From an uncultured Alphaproteobacteria bacterium (GTDB lineage Bacteria; Pseudomonadota; Alphaproteobacteria; Rhizobiales; Xanthobacteraceae), in assembly GCA_963814885.1 (NCBI GenBank), contig CAWFEO010000003.1:4973-68972 (forward strand): a DNA stretch of 64,000 bases. The letters run 5' to 3'. The notes under the pieces are model-generated. The model was not told where the DNA came from, searched no databases, and saw only the letters and a list, made by a program, of their open reading frames with translations. Of this stretch, positions 39,183 through 45,855 are shown piece by piece. The position numbers and the translations under genes were made by a program. Numbering within the stretch: position 1 is the first letter of the stretch; each line of letters starts with the position of its first letter.

Positions 39183-39542
39183 TTAGCGGGTGTAGAGGAA
39201 ATCGACGATAGCCTCGATTTCCTTATCGTTCAGAATGAGATTGCGCTTGAACGGCGGCATCACCGTGAGCTCATTGCGTTTCGTTTCGTCGGAAACGATT
39301 GCGATCAGCTCCTTGCGTTCCGGAAAGCGCTTCTTCATGTCGTTGAGCGCCGGACCGATATTGCCGTTGTCGGGACCGCCCTTGATCGCATGGCAGGTCA
39401 GGCAATTACCTTTGCTGCGCGCGAACGCCAGCTTCTCGCCTTCCGACGGCGCCGCGGATACGGCACTCATGCCCAGCACGAAAGCGCCGAGGACTCCGCA
39501 GGCGATTGCCGCCAGCGCAAATTGCGACTGTCTTAATTCCAT
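39183..39542 (-). CDS. soxX: SoxX cytochrome c
   Basis: KGNCLTCH, GNIGPAL, VMPPF, EIEAIVDFLYT. Confidence 0.93.
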   Translation of the reverse strand: MELRQSQFALAAIACGVLGAFVLGMSAVSAAPSEGEKLAFARSKGNCLTCHAIKGGPDNGNIGPALNDMKKRFPERKELIAIVSDETKRNELTVMPPFKRNLILNDKEIEAIVDFLYTR

Positions 39543-39583
39543 CCTTTTTCCTCCCCAGCGCGTGTGGACCGTTATGCCCGGTC

Positions 39584-39995
39584 CTAATTCGGAATCGTTT
39601 CATCCAGAGATCTCACCGTCGGCGGCGTCAGTAACATTCTTTCCGCCGTTGACTCGATCTTCTTCTTATTAGGACCAGCACAGCCCTTCACGTATTCTTT
39701 TGCCGACGTATCGGGCCGCGGGTCCTGCTACTTAAAGTGGCCGCAGTTAAGTCTGTCCACTTTAGGCAAAGCGTCGCGATCTGCAACGAAATTATTTCCC
39801 ATCATATGGTTGATGTCGAGCACGTAAGCGGTGAGCGCGCAAACGTCGTTGGTCGATTGCGTTCGCGGCGCGAACGACCGCATCGCATGATTGATGATGT
39901 CGAACGGCATCGCGGCGAACGGCCAACTGCCGCCGAGCTCCGGCGCCGTCCGTTGCATGGCCGGCATCCGCTGCGATCGGTGTCCCGGTTGTCAT
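39584..39995 (-). pseudogene. soxD: Decayed SoxD-like cytochrome c
   Basis: GSWPFAAMPFDIINHAM...TNDVCALTAYVLDIN...DALPKV...HFK*QDPRPD...KGC...KIESTAE; in-frame TAG at 39728-39730, homology continues to TAG 39584; no intact CxxCH or signal peptide. Confidence 0.75.
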
Positions 39996-40251
39996 GGCCG
40001 CGAAAAAAATCCGGCGGCGAAGGACCGGCAACGTCATTGGTGTTTGGCTCCCTAGACCAATACATATTCAATTTGTACTATTTGTTTCGGGCCGTCCAGA
40101 ACAAACAGCAGCGCTGGCTTGCCCACGCGCAGGCTCCGCGAACGGTCCGGCGGCTCCGGAAAAAACCTTTGCCGCCAGAACGTTAGACGCGATTGTAATT
40201 TGCGCTGGGCGGATCGGCGGCTCGCGTCATGCGGTCGCAGCCGCGACGCTG

Positions 40252-42468
40252 CTACTTGGTCTCGAAGGCGAACACGCCATTCCAGTCCGCCGGCGGCGGA
40301 TCTTGCTGGAAGGCGGCGCAGCGGGCGGCGTAGAGGTCGCCGAGATGACCGAGGCCGAGCCCGTGGCTTGCCTCGCGGCAACGCAGGATCGCTTCTTGGG
40401 CGCCGGCGAAATCGCGCCGCCGATAGCACGCAAGCACCTCCCCGAAGACAGTCTGAATGTGCTTGAAGCTGTCGCTGCGGGCGACGTCCTCGCGGCCCAG
40501 AATCGTATAGATGTTTTCGGGCTCGGTTTTTCCTTTCACCGTGATGCAATCGAGCTCCAGCACGGCGAATTTCTCCTTCGCCAATTGCGCCGTCTTGGAG
40601 CCGACGACGACGGAAACGCCGTATGATTTGGTCTGACCTTCAAGGCGTGAAGCCAGGTTGACCGCGTCGCCGAGCACCGAATAGTTGAAGCGCAGATCGG
40701 AGCCCATATTGCCGACGACGCATTTGCCGGTATTGATGCCGACGCCGATCTTGATCGGGATGAAGCGCTGGCCGGTCTCTTGGGCGTCCTGCTCGCGCCG
40801 CCGGTTGAGCGTCTCGACGCGGTGGAGCATTTCGAGCGCAGCCTCGCAGGCATTGAGTTCGTGACCCGGATCGTGCAGCGGCGCGTTCCAGAACGCCATG
40901 ATCGCGTCGCCGATATATTTGTCGATGGTACCGTTGTGATCGATGATCGCGTTGGTCATCGGCGTGAGGAAATGGTTGATCAGTGAGGTCAGCCCTTGCG
41001 GGTCGTCCTTGTAGATTTCCGATATGGTGGTGAAGCCGCGCACGTCGCTGAACATGATGGTCATGTCGCGCTCCTCGCCGCCAAGCACGAGCGAATCGTG
41101 CGAATGGGCGAGTTGTTCAACCAGCGATGGCGCCAGATACTGACCGAAAGCCGTGCGAATACGGCGGCGCTGGATCTGCTCGCGGAAATAGTTGATGAAG
41201 ACCAGCGTCAGATAGATGAGGAATGTCGCCAATAGCGGATAACTGGCATCGATGAGGATACGGTGCTCGACGAAGAGGTACCAGGAACCCGCCGCCACCA
41301 CGGCGGCCACGGCGCCGCCCAGGACCAACATCATCGCGGCGCCGAGAATGGGCCCGAGCGCGATGATCGCCAGGCCGAAAATCACGGTAGTGGCCAGTTC
41401 GGCGCCGATGGCGTAGTCGGGATAGACAAGAACCGCGTTGCTCAGCACGCTTTCCAGCACCTGTGCGTGAACCTCGACGCCGGACATCGCTGGATCGATC
41501 GGCGTCGTCTTAATGTCGCGTAAGCCCACCGCCGAGGTGCCTATCAAAACCAGCTTGCGGTTGACCCGGTCGGCCGGCACGCGATCCTCCAGGACATCCT
41601 TGGCCGAGATGTAGCGGGCGGGGTCGTAGTGCGCGAAATGAACATAGAGCTGGCCATTGCGGTCGGTCGGCATGTCGAGACCGGGAACGGCGACGCTGTG
41701 GATGCCGGCGGCATCACTCTTGATCCTGATGGCGCCGGAGTGGGTGACGACGCGCAGCATTTCGAGCGTCAACGCCGGGACGATCTTGCCCTCTGCCTTC
41801 ATCACCATGGGCACGCGGCGCACGATGCCATCGGGTTCGGCGCGGATGCTGAGCATGCCGCGGCCGGCGGCGGCTTTTTCAAGCGCCGGGATATTCCGGA
41901 TCAGACCCGGAAAGGTCATGAGATAGGGGCTCGGGTCGGGACCCATCATGGCGAAGCCGGCGCCCGGCGGCTGCGGGCCGGACCGCGGCAAGCTCAGGTG
42001 GTGACCGGACTCGCCCAGGATCACGCGCGAGCGGTGGATGGCGTCGGCGAAAACGTCGTCATTGCTCGGTAGTTTCTGGAGTTGCGCGCGGGTCTGCGGG
42101 TCGAGATTGCGGAAGCTTTCCGCCGCGACGGCTGGTGACATGCGGTCGGGTTCGGCAAAGATGATGTCGAAGGCGATTGCCGCGCTTCCCAGCTTGGTGA
42201 GCTTGGTGACCAGATCGGCCAGCAGCGTCCGCGGCCACGGCCATTGTCCGAAGGCGGCCAGGCTCGCCTCGTCGATATCGACGATCACGGCCGGCCGCAG
42301 CTTGGCGTCGCGGGGTTTGAGCTCCTGGTAGAAATCGAAGGTGCGCGCGCGCAGGGATTGGAGCGGCCCGGGGTCCCAGATGCGCAAGGCCACCAGCCCC
42401 GCCAACAGGAACAGGCAGACCACGCGGCCAATGCCGAACGACTGCGCCAATCGGTAAAGCTTGTTCAT
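40252..42468 (-). CDS. CHASE2-domain class III adenylate cyclase
   Basis: IVDIDEASL..FGQWPWPR CHASE2, three TM, MFSDVRGFT, IDKYIGDAIMAFWNAP (ATP-specifying Lys), GDAVNLASRLE. Confidence 0.93.
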   Translation of the reverse strand: MNKLYRLAQSFGIGRVVCLFLLAGLVALRIWDPGPLQSLRARTFDFYQELKPRDAKLRPAVIVDIDEASLAAFGQWPWPRTLLADLVTKLTKLGSAAIAFDIIFAEPDRMSPAVAAESFRNLDPQTRAQLQKLPSNDDVFADAIHRSRVILGESGHHLSLPRSGPQPPGAGFAMMGPDPSPYLMTFPGLIRNIPALEKAAAGRGMLSIRAEPDGIVRRVPMVMKAEGKIVPALTLEMLRVVTHSGAIRIKSDAAGIHSVAVPGLDMPTDRNGQLYVHFAHYDPARYISAKDVLEDRVPADRVNRKLVLIGTSAVGLRDIKTTPIDPAMSGVEVHAQVLESVLSNAVLVYPDYAIGAELATTVIFGLAIIALGPILGAAMMLVLGGAVAAVVAAGSWYLFVEHRILIDASYPLLATFLIYLTLVFINYFREQIQRRRIRTAFGQYLAPSLVEQLAHSHDSLVLGGEERDMTIMFSDVRGFTTISEIYKDDPQGLTSLINHFLTPMTNAIIDHNGTIDKYIGDAIMAFWNAPLHDPGHELNACEAALEMLHRVETLNRRREQDAQETGQRFIPIKIGVGINTGKCVVGNMGSDLRFNYSVLGDAVNLASRLEGQTKSYGVSVVVGSKTAQLAKEKFAVLELDCITVKGKTEPENIYTILGREDVARSDSFKHIQTVFGEVLACYRRRDFAGAQEAILRCREASHGLGLGHLGDLYAARCAAFQQDPPPADWNGVFAFETK

Positions 42469-42668
42469 GTCAGGCGGCCAAATCGGCGGATTGGTTCATG
42501 ACGGAAACCGGGCGCGCCATGATATCACGCCTGCGGGCTAGCGCATGATCCGTTTCGATTGAATCATTGCGGCCCTGTAATCTTTCGCTTGCGCTTGATG
42601 CTTTTGAAAATTCGGGCGTTATCCCGGCTCATATCCGCGACACGGATATCCGCGACCACACGCCAGCG

Positions 42669-44033
42669 TCACTTCTCGCGAAATGTCCGCATGAACTGAT
42701 CGCGCAGCGGCTTCATCAGATAGGAGATGACCGTCCGGTCACCGGTCTGCACGAAGGCCTCGACCGGCATGCCGGGCAAGAGCTTGACGTCGCCAAGCAG
42801 GGCCGACACGTCCTGCGGCAAGGTAACGCGGATGGTGTAATAGCTCTGGCCGGTGCGTTGGTCGGTGGTCGTATCCGCCGAGACACGGGTTATTGTTCCG
42901 TTGATTTCCGGCGTCGTGCGCATATTGAAAGCGGAAAAGCGCAGAACCGCGGGCTGCCCGATCTGCACCTGATCGATGTCCTGCGGGCGGACCTTGGCTT
43001 CGACCTGCAGGTTGTCGGCGTCGGGAACGATCAGCATGATCGGCTCGCCTGCCGTGATCACCCCGCCGACGGTGTGAACCGCCGATTGAAACACGGTTCC
43101 GGTCTGCGGGGCGCGGATGTCGGTGCGGCGCAATTGGTCCTCGGCCGTCACCTTGCGTTCGACGAACTCGCCGATCTTACTTTCGATATCGCGCAACTCC
43201 TTGGCCACCTCGCTGCTGAGATCCTGATCGATCTGGATGATCTGCAGGCGAATTTCCGATATCTTGCCCCTCGTCTGCGCGGCGGATGCCATCAGCTGCG
43301 CACGCTCGCCGGCGAGCCGCGCCGCTTCGCGTTCAAGCTGGGTGAGCCGCGTTATCTGCACGAGGTTCTTGGCATAAAGCTCGCGCACGCCCTTGAGTTC
43401 GCGGCCGATCAGGCCGATCTCTTGGGTTTTCGCTGACTGTTGCGCCTCGATGCCGGAGACTTCCTGCTCCAATTGTTCGATCCGTTGCTGCAACTGCGCT
43501 TTCTGTCCGAGCCGCGCCGTCCGCCGCAACTGGAACAGCTTGCGCTCGCTGTCGACGGCATCTACGGCGTCGCGATTGTCGTGAGCAAGCAGCTCCGGCG
43601 GGAACGTGACGGTTTTCGCGCCGTCACGCTCGGCTTGCAGCCGCGCCTTGCGCGCCATGAGCTCATCGAGGCCCTTGGTGACGATCGCCAGGTTGGCGCG
43701 CATGACCGTTTCGTCGAGCTGAACGAGGATGTCGCCGGCCTTGACGTGATCGCCGTCGTGCGCGCGCAGCTCGCCGACGATACCGCCGGTCGGATGCTGC
43801 ACTTTCTTGACGTTCGAATCGACGACGACCGACCCCTCGGCGATTAACGCGCCGGCAAGCTCGGTGGTGGCGGCCCAGCCGCCAACGCCGCCGCCGAGCA
43901 ACAGCACGATGATGATGCCGGCGAATAGATGCCGGCGAATAGAGGCCAGCGAACTGCCGGGCGCCGGTGCCATAAGCCGCGCGGGCCAACCGAGGATTCG
44001 CGTGACGAAACTTGGAAGCTTCAGCTTGCTCAT
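42669..44033 (-). CDS. Type I secretion membrane fusion protein (HlyD/AprE/PrsE-like)
   Basis: KKVQHPTGG, long coiled coil, IRAPQTGTV, GGVITAGE, LLPGMPVEAFVQTGDRTVISYLMKP. Confidence 0.95.
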   Translation of the reverse strand: MSKLKLPSFVTRILGWPARLMAPAPGSSLASIRRHLFAGIIIVLLLGGGVGGWAATTELAGALIAEGSVVVDSNVKKVQHPTGGIVGELRAHDGDHVKAGDILVQLDETVMRANLAIVTKGLDELMARKARLQAERDGAKTVTFPPELLAHDNRDAVDAVDSERKLFQLRRTARLGQKAQLQQRIEQLEQEVSGIEAQQSAKTQEIGLIGRELKGVRELYAKNLVQITRLTQLEREAARLAGERAQLMASAAQTRGKISEIRLQIIQIDQDLSSEVAKELRDIESKIGEFVERKVTAEDQLRRTDIRAPQTGTVFQSAVHTVGGVITAGEPIMLIVPDADNLQVEAKVRPQDIDQVQIGQPAVLRFSAFNMRTTPEINGTITRVSADTTTDQRTGQSYYTIRVTLPQDVSALLGDVKLLPGMPVEAFVQTGDRTVISYLMKPLRDQFMRTFREK

Positions 44034-45784
44034 GCGCCCGCGCTCCCGCTATCGGGAACCACCTTCAGCGGCCGCAACGTGGTGGGTGGCCGTTGCAGCA
44101 CTGTGGACAGGACTTCGTCTTTCGGCCCGAACGCCTGCACCCGCCCCTGGTTCATGACCAGGAGTTGATCGACGCCGGCGATGGCGCTCGGCCGGTGCGC
44201 GATGACGACTATGATGCCGTTGCGTTCGCGGACGCCGAGGATGGCGCGGGTCAGCGCTTCATCGCCCTCAGAGTCGAGGTGGGAATTTGGCTCGTCGAGA
44301 ACGACCAGGAACGGATTGCGGTAGACGGCGCGGGCGAGCGCGACTCGCTGAGCCTGGCCGGCGGACAGCGCGGTACCATGATCGCCGACCGGCGTGCCGT
44401 AGCCTTCGGGCAGCCGCACGATCATGTCGTGAACGCCGACCGCCTTGGCCGCGGCAAGCACATCTTCGGCATCGGCGTCGGGCTCGAAGCGGGCAATGTT
44501 CTGCGCCACGGTGCCGGCCAGCAGCTCCACGTCCTGCGGCAAATAGCCGATGTGGCAACCGAGCGCGTCGGACGACCATTGATCGAGGGTGGCGCCGTCG
44601 AGCCGCACCTTGCCGCGCACCGGTTGCCAAACGCCGACCAGTAGCCGCGCCAGCGACGACTTGCCGGAACCGCTCGGCCCGATGATGCCAAGGCCTTGGC
44701 CGGCTTCAAGCTTGAAGCCAATGTCCTGCGCGACAATCTTCTGCACACCGGGGGGCGAGGCGCTGACGCTTTCGACCGCCAACCGGTGTGCCGGCGCCTG
44801 CAATGCCATCGGCGCGGCCTGCGCGGGCAATGCCGCCAGCAAAGCGTTCAGCCGATGCCAACTCTGCCGGGCTGCGACGAAGCCCTTCCAATGAGCAATG
44901 GCGAGATCGACCGGCGCCAGCGCGCGGGCGCTCAGGATCGATCCGGCGATGATGATGCCGGCGGTCGCTTCCTGGTGAATGACCAGATAAGCGCCGACCG
45001 CGAGCACGCCGGACTGCAGCATCATACGCAGCACTTTCGAGAGCGAGCCAAGTCCGCCGCTGACGTCGCTGGTCCGGCGCTGGTTGCTCAAGTATTCGCG
45101 GTTGGCTTCGCCCCAGCGTTTCGCCATGCGCGAGACCATGCCCATGGCGGTGAGCGCCTCGGCGTTGCGGCGGCTAGCCTCGGCGAGATTGTTGCGCGTA
45201 ATCGCCGCTTCGGTTGCCGCCTTGGTCGGCGTACGCATAAGCATCTCGGTCAACACGGTCAGCGCAATGAGCACGATCGCCCCGCCGAGCGCGGTAAAGC
45301 CGATAAGGGGATGGAATGCGAAACAGATCGCGAGATAGATCGGCAGCCAGGGCAGATCGAACATCGCGATCGGGCCGAGGCTGGAAAGATAGGAGCGGAT
45401 GGCGTCGAGATCACGAAGCGGCTGGTTGCCCTCGCTGCGGCGACCGACGCGCAATGGCACGCGCACCAGCGTTTCATAGACGCGGCTGCTCAGCGCCTCG
45501 TCGAGCGACCCGCCGATGCGCGCGAGAATGCGGGCGCGGATGGCGTCGAGAATACCGAGCGCCGCGAACAGAGTCGCGGCCAGCACCACCAGGCCGACCA
45601 GCGTCGCCATGCTGCGGCTCGGCACCACGCGGTCGTAGACTTCCAGCATGAACATCGCGCCGGTGAGCATGAGGATATTGCTCATGCCGCTGATCAGCGC
45701 CGTACCGACGAAAGCACTGCGGCAGGCGGCCAGCGCGGCGGACAGCTCGGACGATCTATCGGAGTAGTGCTGCGACTTTTTCAT
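44030..45784 (-). CDS. Type I secretion ABC permease/ATPase, PrtD/PrsD type (no C39-like domain)
   Basis: FMLEVYDRVVPSRS, FDLPWLP, GPSGSGKSS, GYLPQDVEL, LSAGQAQR, LDEPNSHLD; 584 aa. Confidence 0.95.
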   Translation of the reverse strand: MKKSQHYSDRSSELSAALAACRSAFVGTALISGMSNILMLTGAMFMLEVYDRVVPSRSMATLVGLVVLAATLFAALGILDAIRARILARIGGSLDEALSSRVYETLVRVPLRVGRRSEGNQPLRDLDAIRSYLSSLGPIAMFDLPWLPIYLAICFAFHPLIGFTALGGAIVLIALTVLTEMLMRTPTKAATEAAITRNNLAEASRRNAEALTAMGMVSRMAKRWGEANREYLSNQRRTSDVSGGLGSLSKVLRMMLQSGVLAVGAYLVIHQEATAGIIIAGSILSARALAPVDLAIAHWKGFVAARQSWHRLNALLAALPAQAAPMALQAPAHRLAVESVSASPPGVQKIVAQDIGFKLEAGQGLGIIGPSGSGKSSLARLLVGVWQPVRGKVRLDGATLDQWSSDALGCHIGYLPQDVELLAGTVAQNIARFEPDADAEDVLAAAKAVGVHDMIVRLPEGYGTPVGDHGTALSAGQAQRVALARAVYRNPFLVVLDEPNSHLDSEGDEALTRAILGVRERNGIIVVIAHRPSAIAGVDQLLVMNQGRVQAFGPKDEVLSTVLQRPPTTLRPLKVVPDSGSAGA

Positions 45785-45855
45785 CAGGACATCAGTACAT
45801 CACGGCCGATAAATGCAGCATCACCAGGACATCACGGCCGACCACGCGGCCGCAG

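Noticed and set aside
39981-39998. Plus-strand CPGCHG (CxxCH) followed by a frameshifted GGEGPATSLVFGSL, suggesting an inverted piece of soxD
   Set aside because: The minus strand offers equally plausible degenerate heme motifs (ADAGHATDGAG; CRPCNG), so inversion cannot be separated from chance without a tBLASTn alignment
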